64,000 nucleotides of DNA. Origin: Eledone cirrhosa. Its lineage: Eukaryota. The notes under the pieces are model-generated. The model saw only the letters and a program-made list of their open reading frames with translations. It was not told where the DNA came from and did no database searches. Positions 42,626 through 55,230 of this stretch are shown piece by piece. The DNA lies in contig OZ024749.1 in the NCBI GenBank assembly GCA_964016885.1, forward strand, positions 42,098,001-42,162,000, read 5' to 3'. Numbering within the stretch: the first letter of the stretch is position 1; every line of letters begins with the position of its first letter. Position numbers and translations under genes: made by a program.

Positions 42626-43734
42626 GGTTTGGAAATAAATAGAAAAAGACAAACACTAATAAGTTTGACCTTTTTCCATGTTAAGAAGAAAGAAAAATAG
42701 TGCCGGAGACTTTTAGATACTAAATATTTGTTGTACATTGTTATATCATATTAATGGTGGTGGTGGTGGTGGTGTGTAGTGATGGTGTGTAGTGGCATGT
42801 TATAGTGGTAGTGGTGGTGATACTGTGTAGTGGCATGTGGTGGTAGTGTGGTCTGTAGTGGCATGTGGTGGTAGTGTGTAGTGGTGTGTGGTAATGCATA
42901 GTAGTGTGTAGTGGCATGTTATGGTGGTGATGGTGTGTGGTCGTGGTAGTGTTGATGGTTGTGGTGGTGGTCTATAGTGAAGGTATTGGTGATAGGTGTT
43001 GTTAGTAGTACTGCTATGTTGGCATAGTGGTGGTGATGGTGTGTGCTGGCACAGTGGCGGAGGCAGTGGCGGTGATGGTGTGTGCTGGCACAGTGGTATA
43101 GTTAAATATACAGTTATGAAAGGAAGCTTATATATACATATCTTGTGATTGTGGCACCATCCCAACCTTGTCTCGCTATTTAATCAACTTTTCAAGGTAA
43201 TATAACATATCAACCCAACAATGTTTCCCACATAAAAAAAGTTGTTGGTCTACTTTATATATATATATATATATTTACAAATTTATACATACATACCTCC
43301 ACTTCCAACAAGCGTGAACCTAATATAACTGTGTACAATTGCCTCCTGTGTTTTGTTTGTTCATTTTCAACTATCATCATCGTCGTTTAACGTCTATCTT
43401 CCACGCTAGCATGGGTTTAGATGGGAATTGTCCCACGTGAGGCAAGATTGGTTGTCTTGCTCATATAAGACTGTCTAGCGGGTTTTCTACGGCTGGATGC
43501 CCTTCCTAACACCAACCATGTTTACAACTATATATATATATATATATATCAGGTTTCTAACGAATTTCTACCCACCAGAGTGACAAAGGAGTGCCTGCCT
43601 AACCTGATCAAAGTGACTCCATTTACAAAGCACCATTTTTTCCCCCGTTTTCTCAATTGATCTGTTGCATGAAGGATATAATATCATTAGTTTGCTGGTC
43701 AGTTTATGTGTGCATGTGCATGTGCATATGCACC

Positions 43735-43835
43735 CGGTAACGTCTGATGGAGTCATAGGGGCACCATAGTGCATTTTAAAACCTGGTGGAGCCCATCCCT
43801 CTCAAGATCTGAACACAGCAGATTTCTTCCAAAGA
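43735..43835 (+). repeat. Unclassified dispersed repeat
   Basis: gtaac..ctgatggagtcata.gg..ccata...gcattttaaaacctgg.ggagcccatc; copies at ~53560-53690, ~53760-53885 and, reversed, ~29705-29795. Confidence 0.7.
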
Positions 43836-44711
43836 AGGAGAGAGAAAGGAACTGTCTTCTTTATGTCGGTGATTGGTGCTTCCTCACCTAGCAGACTCCC
43901 AGACTCTTATCTCCTGCAGTGGCTTGGTTGGAGTTTGGGGGTAGAACCTTAAAGATATTACTTTTATCACTCCTGTAGAATAACCTTAAAAATATATCCC
44001 CACCCTTGCTCTCTCTCACCCCTTACCATCACAACCATAGTGATATTACTATTATCACTTCTGTAACATAACTTTTAAATATATCACCACCCATTCCTCT
44101 CCCTTCACCATCAGAACCTTGGTAATGTTTACTATTATCACTTCTGTAACATACCCTTAAAAATATACCCCTACTTTTTCTCTCCCTTCTCTCCCTCCTT
44201 ACTAATAGAAACTTGAAGATATACTCTGTGGTCCCTTGCCTGTAGCAGAACCTTGATAATATTACTATTTCTCAAGCTCCACCCCAACATCACCAATAGA
44301 GCTTTTAAAGATACCTTCCTCATCTCCACTAACTGAGCCCTGAAGATATATAAACCCTATCTCTGTTACCAATAGCAACAGTCTCGAAATTATACATCCC
44401 CCACCAACATAACCTTAAAGATATATTCATATGTTCCCACTGTAACTGAGATATACACTTACACCCCTAAGTTATAGAACAGAGATATCCTCTCAATTTC
44501 ATACCTTTAGAGCTTTAACCCTCTTGATACCAAACTCTTCGAAACAGTCCCTGATTCTATATTACAGAAACATTTATTTCAAAGGGTTTATATTTATCTA
44601 AAACTTTTCCATTGTAATTTTATGTAAGAACCTTTATTCTGTTATATAACCAAACATCACATAAATATCAAGGAAGATATCTATTCTACTAAATTCCACC
44701 AAATTCTTGAT

Positions 44712-45126
44712 TCGTGGAACTTTTTACAACCTAATTAATTTGTTCGTAGAAACCACCGCATATTCGCGGAATCGTAAATATCTTCCGTGATTTTTTTAAA
44801 TGGCTTTTTTCGTCGCTATATATATTTTTTAACATTAAATTAATTGTTTCTACTTTAGGCACAAGGCCAGCAATTACCCAGTACATTACTGGTACTTTAT
44901 ATTATCGACCCCGTAAGGATGAAAGGCAAAGTTAACCTCATTAAATTAATAACAATATACCGTATTTGCTGGCCTAATGGACGCCCCTTCGCATAAGACG
45001 CTCTTCTTTTTATAAATTATATTTTGACGTTTATAGGCATCTTTATGGACCACGTTCAATAGTCGCGGTTTTTCACTCTTCGCGGGTGCTCTAGGAACGT
45101 AAACCACAGGAATCGAAGGGCTACTG
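44712..45126. mobile_element. Tigger/pogo-like DNA transposon relic interrupted by a SINE
   Basis: CpG-rich; ends ttcgcgggtgctctaggaacgtaaacc...cgaagggctactg-TA; SINE at ~44843-44940. Left end not identified. Confidence 0.5.
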
Positions 45127-47944
45127 TATATTGTTGACATATACAACAGTGTATATATTGTTGGCGTATACCACAGCATGTGTGTAGTGGTGTAAGCCAG
45201 AGGTTTACACACACAACACAGTGTATGTTGATGTAGTCACTGTTGATACACTCAACACACAAATGTATGGTGGTAGGCCAAAGGTTTCTCAACCTAGATT
45301 CCATATCAACCATTTTAGGTTCCATGACAACATGGTAATTTTTAACCCCGACTATTGTAAACATTGCTGCAATTTGATATACTCTTAAGTTCCATAATTT
45401 TTCTGTCCAAAATTCAATTCAGACAGCTTGGGTAAATGGTCTTGCCCAAGATACCACCATCACAGCGTTCTTGTTTTTTATCACCATCATCATCATTATT
45501 ATCAACATCACCACCAACATCATCCCTATCAGCACCAGTGTTGGTAATACTATCATCATGCTCACCATCAACATCACCATTAGCCATCACAAGTTACTTC
45601 CTTATATATATTCCATGCCATTTTGTCCATTATTCCAGTGTGCATGTATATGTATATGAACAAGCATGCGTGTTTATGTGTACATGTGTGTGCAAGGACA
45701 AGTTATGTGCGTGCGAATGCATGTGCAAGGACGTGTTACGTGTGCATGTGGTATTTGTGTATGTCAGTATGCATGTCTACTTATGCACATGTGTGTGAGG
45801 TTTCTATGTAGATGAATGTTTGCTCTTCAACACACAGGGACAGACCCTGGCGGAAGGGGAGGAGAAGGGGCTGATGACATGGAGAAAGTAAAGAGGAGAT
45901 AACTGTGTTGAGGAAGAAAAAAAAACAGTAAAAAATGTCATGGTATATATGTGAAAAGTATGTCACAACACCCTCAACACCACCACCACCATCACAACCA
46001 TAATCACCACAAACACCATCAAGCAACACAACCATTATCACCACCACCACCACCATCACTACTGTCAATGCCACCACCACAATACCTACATACCTGTCTT
46101 GACAGTGAATCAGCCATGAGATAAGGGTGTTTCTCCCACCTCTATCGAGAATATATTGGCTTCACTACCCTACCACCACCCAAGTCAGCATCAGTTTCAC
46201 ACCCCTGGTAACCTGACAACAACCAACTTCAAGCCTGGTGGGTTGATGGGTGTGTAGAGGTGTGTTAAGGTTTGTTTGTGCGTATGTGTATGTATATATG
46301 TATGTATGTGTGCGTGCGCGTGTATATATGTGTGAGAGAGAGAGTCTGTGAGGTGGGAAGAAGTGTAGGTACGTTGAAAGATTTCTGAGATACCATTAAC
46401 CATCCTCTCCTCCCTCACCACCACCATTTACCTGGTGAGGTGGGGCTGGCAGTATTCTAGGAAGTGTGGAAGGGAAGGGCTAACATCAGCAGCCCCTCAC
46501 TCTCTAACCGTGTCCCACAGTTATTTGTATGAAACATCAAAGGGAATGGTTATAGTAAAAGTCAGGTAGTGTGTGTGTATGTACACTAGTTTGTAAGTGT
46601 GTTTGTGTGCGTGTATGTCCACAAACGTGTTCGTGTGCGTGTATGCATGAGTGTGTATGTACACAAATGTATTCGTTGTGTGTTTGTGTGTGCTACGGTC
46701 ACAATTTCTGGACTAGAAAAAATAAAGATCGTTACTTCTAGCGCATCTACCTAAAACGAAAGATCGCCAAATATAGATATATTTATATATTTTATCTTGG
46801 TATCAAATTCCCATTTTGGGAGTAGGGATGTGAAAGTCAATTAAATCGTCTTTCCTACTTGACTGGTACTTTATTTTAATGACCCAGGAAGGACGGAAAA
46901 TAGAGTTGACCTCGGACGCATTCGAACCTAAAACGAATACCGCAAAGTACTTTAATCGACGTTCTAATGATTCTGCCTTTTGTGTTCTATTCAAGCTCAA
47001 ACCCAACTATCTGAGAGGTGCAGAGGCAGTGTTGGATTTAGGACAAATGAGGCCAGTGCTAGTTAAGTTATGATGTCCCTTACATTTGGAAAATTCCTCG
47101 TAAAAATTGGGGGGTGGGGGATATCTTTCTGCCCCCACCCCTGGCTTAAGCACACGAAAGCACAATGGTAAATCCGACACTGTACAGAGGGGAAATAGAT
47201 TAAACCGACCCCAGTACTGTACTGGTAGGTACTTTACTTTATCGACCCCGGGAGGATGAAGGCAAAGTTAACCTCGGGCTGATTTAAAACCAGGACGCAA
47301 TGAGCCGATACAAAGACTATAAACGCAAGTTTATCCAACGCTCTACTAATTTTGGCAACCCAGGGCATTGGTGACAGTACAAAGACCAAATATAAATGGA
47401 GTACTAACATCGAGTTTTTTAAAAAATGCGGTGATATTTAACAAAACAACGTAGACATATTAATTATAGATATAATTAAGTATAACATAGATTTTCCGGC
47501 AACAAATTGTGCAGCACCTCTTTTTAATTCGTGATAATGGATGCACACTTGAAATTCCAGGGGCTGCCAATCGGGTTAATTCAGGCTTTGCCTTTCATCT
47601 TTCCGGGTTCTATAAAATAAAATACCAATTGAATACTAGAGTCGATTTAATTGACTTTCCCCTCCCCCGAAAATGTTGGCCTTGAGCCTCGGTGGAATTA
47701 TGTTCTGAGTTCAAATCTCACCGAAATTAGCTTTGCCCTTCATCCTTACAGGGTTGATAAAATAAAGTACCAGTAACGTACTGAGTCCGATATAATCGAC
47801 TCTCCTCCCAAAAGATTGTTGGCCTTGTGTTTAAAGAAACCATTATCATCATAGGATAGATATGCTTTACGATCAAACTTAAACCATAGGACATATCTAT
47901 TCTATAATGGTTTCTGGGAGAGAGAGGGAGAGAGAGAAAGAGAG

Positions 47945-48062
47945 AGAGAGTGAGTGAGTGAGTGAGTGAGTGAGTGAGTGAGTGAGTGAGTGAGTGAGTG
48001 AGTGAGTGAGTGAGTGAGTGAGTGAGTGAGTGAGTGAGTGAGTGAGTGAGTGAGTGAGTGTG
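47945..48062. repeat. (GTGA)n microsatellite
   Basis: Direct inspection. Confidence 0.95.
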
Positions 48063-48168
48063 AAGCCCTTTATATATTAAATCTTGTATATACTCTACTT
48101 TGTATTGAGTACCTTACTATGGTTACCCCTGATTGAACCCAGGGACGCATATATATATATATATGTCC

Positions 48169-48328
48169 CCATGACTGGATCTTAACCATCTACTATGTCA
48201 GGGTATGTCATGCATCATCTTATTTTATCTGATGAGGACGTACTGTTGAAGTTAGCTCAGTACCTCTGACATATGTATAATAAAATATACTTGATCACAA
48301 GAAGTTCTATTTTTGTTAATATTTTGAA

Positions 48329-48335
<7 letters not shown>
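48169..48335 (+). mobile_element. Single-arm copy of the 63.2-63.6 kb hammerhead element, in (TA)n
   Basis: Nearly identical to 63439-63605 with the same boundaries. Confidence 0.8.
48221..48287 (+). ncRNA. Type I hammerhead ribozyme, core mutated (GAAA>GACA)
   Basis: UAUUUUAU-CUGAUGA-GGAcGUACUG(12 nt)CAGUACcUCU-GACA-UAUGUA-UA-AUAAAAUA. Confidence 0.7.
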
Positions 48336-48381
<46 letters not shown>

Positions 48382-49113
48382 TGTGTGTGATTAAGGGACG
48401 CAGCCTATAGAATGTACGTATGTATATACATACATACGCTGCATCAAAGCAGTGTGTGCAGTGAATATAACAAATATAGTGGATGTCCCGGCAAATATAT
48501 TGGTGGTAGTAGTAGTAGTAACAGTGGGAGCGGTGGGGGGTGATTGAAGAAAGAGAACTGGAGATGATCTAATTGGGGGGGGGGGGGAGAAAACAATAAT
48601 AGCCACGCTTGGCTTGTAATCTATTCTTATACTGGTTTCAGTCATTGGACTGTGACCGTGCTGGGACACACCCACACACGTATCTAACTTTAATATTATA
48701 TTACACCCCTTGACGAAGGGGAGAGATCATTTTGTCACTTTATTAAATATTCACAAGGTTTAATATACCCGCTCACCCTCGCTACCGACAATATGATCTA
48801 TCTGTTTATCTGTCTACCAATCCATCTATCTGCCTATTTATCTATCTATCTGTCTGCCTATCTATATGTGGGGGTGGGATATGGTTCAAAAGCTTAGTTA
48901 GTAGTAGTAGTAGCTGTCAATCGGGCCTTTTCTTAAGTCATATAGAGATACAGATTTTCAACAATATATTACACACACACGTGTGTGTGTCTGTATGTTG
49001 AACATTTTCATTAACCGTTACTCCGAGTTTCACGTTTCCGATCGGAAGCAAATAATAAAGTTTTCAGTTTACAATAAATATGATAAAACCCTGAAATAGA
49101 AATACATACACAT

Positions 49114-49149
<36 letters not shown>

Positions 49150-49456
49150 CCATACACATACATATATAATATACACACATAATGACAATAAGCCGCAGCA
49201 TGGAACTTCAGCGACAAGTTTTATCAGAGAACAACCGAATGATAAGCTATATATCTGTTGACACACACATAGAAAGAACTGTTTCTTGCTGAGGGAAATC
49301 TCTGAGGGTGCTTAAAACAAGAAAAACCCGGGACCCACTGATTATATAAATAAATATTCCTTATGTTGCCATTATATTTTATGTAGGATAGGAGAAACGA
49401 GATTGCGAGAGGTTCAAGCAAGGTGGAATATATATATATATACACACACACCACGC

Positions 49457-49500
<44 letters not shown>

Positions 49501-49505
49501 CACGC

Positions 49506-49555
<50 letters not shown>

Positions 49556-49903
49556 TTAATACATTAACAGAGAAAGCCATTAGCGATACTCCGACCAATT
49601 TCCAACTCACTCAACAAACATTAGGAAATACCTAAGTATATTCCCAATTATACGTTTGGAGTGCTAACTATATTGTATTGTGTGGATAATCGGGTGTATT
49701 ATTTTATATGAGACATAATTAAATAAATATATATATATAATAGTGTGGTGTGTAGGTAAACGAAATGATTTTCAACAGGGAGTAGGGTTCGCCAAAATGA
49801 ACCTCTTAGTTTCCGTCGCTGTTGCTTGAAAGAAAAGGGAACGAGATCACACGTCTCGTTGAACCCAGCATTAACGCATTATTACACACACACACACACA
49901 TAA

Positions 49904-49948
<45 letters not shown>

Positions 49949-50236
49949 ACACACGAATCAACAAAAACAAAAAATATATATATATATTAATGGTGCAAAT
50001 ATACAGAGCGTTAATTAATATTAAAAAAAAAGGATAAGAAAATATATTTTCTGAAAGTATATATATATATATATATAGTTCAGTTATATTTTACATACAA
50101 ACTTGAGAAAAATAAGAAATGGCTGAGCCTTGGCCATCAACATTACCTTATGAAAAACTCTAGCAAAGGGGTTTTATGTCTCTTCTGTAAACCAGCACCG
50201 CGTCGTTAAGGAGTAGCTGCCGTATATATACGTGTG

Positions 50237-50317
<81 letters not shown>

Positions 50318-51073
50318 ATATGTATATATACGGGGTTAAGCTGTCTCGTTTTTGTTAGGCGTTTTTTTTTGTTTTTAATAAGAAATATCCCTTCAGGTTT
50401 TAGTCCGATTGAATCCTACGAAGCACTGCCGATATTTCATAGTTTTCAGTGAGAAGAAGAAAATTAAAAAAAATATATTTAAGTGTTCACGTTGAGGAAG
50501 ATAAAATTTATAGAGTGGTGCCGTTGAATGAAAATGGAACCCAATCCATGATGTGATGATCGATGGTAAACGGAATAAATAGATAGATAGATAAATAAAT
50601 AAATAGATAAGGAACGGGAGATACAGTGAGATTATATGTAAGAGACGAAATGAAAAGATCACCCCCCTAACTGTAGAGGTTGTGGATCTGTAATGCTGAT
50701 AATATTGGGTGTTATGATAAAGGCAGCAACGATGATATCAGCAGCAGAAGCAGTATTAGTGTTGCGGAAGAGAAACCCTATTTATTCTTCCCATTCTTTT
50801 TCATCAATAATAATAATTTTTTTTAAATGTCAGAATGAAAGTTGGAATGAGGAGAAAGAAAAAGCTGACGAGGAGTGTGTTATTATTACTATTATTATTA
50901 TTACATTATAGTTGAATGTTAAATAAAGTAAGAAGAGACTTTAGTCAGGAGGGATGGCAACAGACAGGCAGGTAATGAAAGAAAGAATCTAGCAGCCTGA
51001 CTAGGCTTAGTTTAGGTTAGGCTTCTTAAGCTAGGCTAGGCTTGCTGGCAGACTTCCCTTACGGATAGAAAAC

Positions 51074-51110
51074 TATAAAACCGGCCGGCCGGCAGGCTTC
51101 GTTCACTCTG
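51074..51110 (+). promoter_or_regulatory. Candidate Pol II core promoter (TATA + Inr)
   Basis: TATAAAA at 51074-51080, GC-rich spacer ccggccggccggcagg, Inr-like TTCACTC with A at 51105 (31 nt from the TATA start), in non-repetitive sequence. Confidence 0.4.
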
Positions 51111-51431
51111 CCAATTCTTTCCTTCTTACTGTATTCTAAAAACTAACTAACTGGATTTCTGTTGAAAGATCTTCAGCTTTCAGCCTTAACTTCAACTGGT
51201 TTTCTCTGACACACTCTCTCTCTCTCTCCTTTTCTCCACATACCCTACATTGCCAGAGAGGACTTTACAGAATTCCAGCAGTAGTAGCAGCAACAGTAGC
51301 AAGCTTCGCTCTATTTTTTTAATTCTTTTCTTTATTTAACTCCCCCCTCTCTCTCTCTCTAAACTCCCTCTATCTATCTGTTTGTCTGTCTATCTAGCTA
51401 TATATCTCTCCCCAGCTGTCCATCTGTCTCG

Positions 51432-51464
<33 letters not shown>

Positions 51465-51615
51465 TATGTATCAGCCTAATTCTCTCTCTCTCTAAACTCC
51501 CTCCATCTATCTATCTGTCTATCTAGCTATATCTCTCTCCCCCATCCGTCCATCTATCTGTCTGTCTAGTTATATCTCTCTCACTCTCTATCTGTCTAAC
51601 TACCCCTCTCTCCTC

Positions 51616-51672
<57 letters not shown>

Positions 51673-51677
51673 TATAT

Positions 51678-51708
<31 letters not shown>

Positions 51709-52841
51709 CACCCTACTTGGAATGGCTGATTGCACAGTAGGACAACTAAATCGTGTTTTATGCTCTGGTAGCCGCACCACGAGGAAGAAATACAGCAACA
51801 GTAAAAAGACAAGAGTACACAAGAAAACGACAACTAAGGATTTTCCACAGAACTAAAAACATAACATTAATAGTAATAATAATTTGTTAATAAAGTAGGT
51901 AATGTGAAAGGTAGGTGGAGAGGGAAGTGGAGAGATAGGGAAGTCTTAATCTAAAATGGTAGGGGAGAGTTGGAGATATGTTTTAGTAAGGGAGCATGGA
52001 GAAAGGCAGTATGGAACTAAATCATTGCCGGAGAGAAAGGTAGGTAGATAGATAGAGACAGAGTGAGAGATAGATAGAGAGAGACAGTGAGAGAGAAAGA
52101 GGCAGATAGATAGAGAAAGACAGTGAGAGAGAAAGAGGCAGATAGATAGACAGGGATAGACAATGAGAGAGATAGATATGGGTAGATAGAGATAGCTAGA
52201 GAGGGGGGGAGGTTAGAAAAATAAAGAGAAGGTATAGAGAGAGAGAGGATGTTAGATATATAGAGACAGACAGATAGATAGCGGAAGAGATAGATATAGA
52301 CAGGGAGAAATAGATAGATAAATAGAGAGGGTGGAGGTAGGTTTAGTCAGCTGGAATGCGAATTCCTGTTGACTGCAGCATACGGAGAGACAGATGAATG
52401 ACTGACAGAAAAATAAGTCCCTAGGGGTTGAAAAGGGAGACAAGGAAAAGAGATAGTTTGCTTTATTTATTTTCCCCACCAGAAAATATGTAAGTGGAGA
52501 GGGAATAATAGAAAACGATGGCTAGAATAGGTGCTACGATCCAGAATAATAAGTTTACACAAGGATAGATAGAAAGAGGGAGTGTGTGTGTGACGAGAGA
52601 GAGGTGAAAGAAAGAGAGACGGAAAACAGAGATGGATGGGAAAGGGGGAGATGAGGAAGAGAGAGTGACGGATGAGAGAGATTGTGAAATGACACTAAAG
52701 AGTGCTGGTGGTGACGGTGGATACTCGCTATAATAAACTAGTTTCTGACAGACTCGTTAAGACCGTCGGCTGGCCAGTATTAGTTACCTCCCTTTACTTC
52801 CGGGAGCTAGACATATACTGAAGAACATTTTAATCGACATT

Positions 52842-53117
52842 AGGATTGGCAGTATCGGTAGAGGGTCGGACACCATGCTTTCCAGCATAGTTACGTCCCT
52901 TTACGGTCTGAGTTCAAATCCCGTCGAGGTTAACTTTGCCTTTCATCCTTACGGGGTCGATAAAATAAAGTACTAGTAATGCACTGATATAATTGCTGGC
53001 CTTGTGCCAAAAGTAGAAACAATTATTACGTTTCATCCTTACGGGGTCGATAAAATGAAGTACCAGTAATGTACTGGGTAATTTCTGGCCTTGTGCCAAA
53101 AGTAGAAACAATTATTA
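52842..53117 (+). mobile_element. Family A SINE with a duplicated 3' half
   Basis: A box tggcagtatcgg, B box gagttcaaatcc, then tttcatccttacggggtcgataaaa...ggccttgtgccaaaagtagaaacaattattac twice. Confidence 0.85.
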
Positions 53118-54044
53118 CCGTCACCCTTACTCTTACTCTCTTAATTTGAGGTATTGTGTCCTCCGGCGGACAAAATACCTTGCGGTATTTGTTCCGAGGC
53201 CCTTCATTTTCTGATTTCAACTCTGCTCAAGTCCAATTTGCTGTTTGTCTTTCCAGGGGTTGTCGATAATTTAAAGAAATCAACTGTCCGCATCCCCGCC
53301 TCCGAAATGTTGGCGGTGGATTGGCAGAATCGGTAGAGCGTCGGACAAATGCTTTGGGGTATTTTGTTACGACTTTCTACGTTCTGAGTTCAAATATCAC
53401 CGATGTCAGTCAGCTTTACCTTTCATCCTTCCGCAGTTGATAAATTAAAGTACCAGTAAAGTACTGGGTCAATATATTCGACTTACTCCCTGTCTATAAA
53501 TTGCTGACTCTTTAACAGTTTCACCAATCCCCCACCGCCCCTTGGACTGCTACGTTATATGCATTCATAGACCCATAAATCTTGAAGGAGATGTAGCGGC
53601 ATAGTATTGACATACAACGTTTCTAGGACGTTTTTAAACTTGCCGGAACCCATCTCCAGGTCTGAATATAGCAGATTTCTTCCAGAGAAGGATAGAGAAA
53701 AAGATAAAGAGGAAGAATCAACCCCAGTACTAGACTGGCATTATATTTATATATATGTATGGTCCCGTAACTCCTGATGGAGTCATATGGGTGCCATATT
53801 GACATATGGCATTTCTTAAAGCATTTTAAAACCTGGCGGAGCCCATCTCTTCCCCAGGCTTGAACACAGAAGATTTCTTCCAGGGAAGGATAGAAAGTGG
53901 GAGAGAGGAAATGAGAAAGAGATATAGAGAAAGAATCAACACCAGTGCTAGACTGGTACTTTTTTTTTTTTATCAACCTCGAATGGATGAAAGGCAGGAT
54001 TTGAACTTAGAATACAGGAACTTTAATGTGATGACTTTCTAATG

Positions 54045-54515
54045 GAAGGTAGGTTGTAAAAACCAAAGACTATCTTCAGTTGTTTTCATGCCAATCCTAA
54101 CCCATGGTCATGAATCTTGGGTAATGACCGAAAGAATACAATCACAAATACAAGCAGCCAAATTGGGGTTGCTCCAAAGGGTCTTTGGAAAAATGTTACT
54201 TGATAGAGTGCACAGCTTGGAGATCAGAGAGCTGCTCCAGGTAGAACCACTACTTCTCCAAATTGAGATCAGAGCTCCGATATTATGGCAATGTGGTCAG
54301 AATGTCTCAGGAAAGAATCAGTAGACAGATCTAATTGGCAGAACCAACCAATAATAGACCCAGTGGTAGACCCTGAGTGAGATGGTCTCATCTGGGGATC
54401 TAACCAGATCAATTGGAGCTGGTGGCTTCTTATAGGACCCACTGAGAAGAGTGTTTGAGGACTCTGCCTCCACGACCCTCTCAGGAATAAGTGGGTGAAG
54501 AAGAAAAAGAAAACT
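54045..54515 (+). mobile_element. 5'-truncated RTE-clade LINE 3' end
   Basis: PILTHGHESWVMTERIQSQIQAAKLGLLQRV...LLDRVHSLEIRELLQVEPLLLQIE, frameshift into LRYYGNVVRMSQER, then RPSGRP..RW and a gaagaagaa tail. Confidence 0.9.
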
Positions 54516-55230
54516 CTAACAAACTGCTAATTCTTCACATGGGTAAAGAAGACTGAAGAAAAATGAAAGAGTTTGGAGTCGAGGTAAAAGTAGAAGAGTG
54601 GAAGTATAATATGTGGAGGGTAGAATAATGGAGTGGAGGTAGAATGAGGTAGGTGATTGAGTGATAGTATAATAGATGAGTGGAGGTAGAGTAAGGTAGC
54701 TGATTGAGTGATAGTATAATAGATGAGTGGAGGGTGGACTAATGGAGTGGAGGTAGAGAGAGGTAGGTGGGGAAAGTAGAATATAAAGCCTAGGCCACAG
54801 TACAGTGAGCCATTGATTTAAGGGAGAATATATATATACCACAGATAGTAAACTAGGGAAGGAAGGAGGGGGTGAGTGTCAGCCTGCTCTCACTCCTTCA
54901 CTCACATGCTCATTCATATACTCTGAGTGTGGAATGAAGGTGTTGCTGCTGCTACTTCACACCTTAAAACTCTCATCTTGTAGATAGGTAATGTAGATGT
55001 AGCTAGGTGGCTGGGTGGGTGGCTTAGAGGTGGTGGGGGTAAGCACCCTCTCCCCTCCTCCAATTCTGCAAGTTCCTTTATCTCTAAATCATATCACTAC
55101 CCCATTCTCTCCCCTATATAAGAGTAAGACTCAAAAGAAAGGTTCAATGGGGAGGTAGAGGTAGGGGGGGGGGGGGAGTGCTGTTGAACGAGTGTTACTG
55201 GTACATTTAATCTGGGTACTTATGACATAC

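Noticed and set aside
45865-45900. CTGATGA-catgga-GAAA as a hammerhead
   Set aside because: No stems I-III; likely chance. The same applies to CTGATGA at ~29548, ~39232 and minus ~4965, which lack a positioned GAAA.
46432-46456. Minus-strand 25-nt exon-like segment encoding LPAPPHQ as the Pak PPAPP exon
   Set aside because: The PAPP frame ends in phase 0, incompatible with the phase-2 acceptor at 16369, and lacks the PPAPP.R.TS context.
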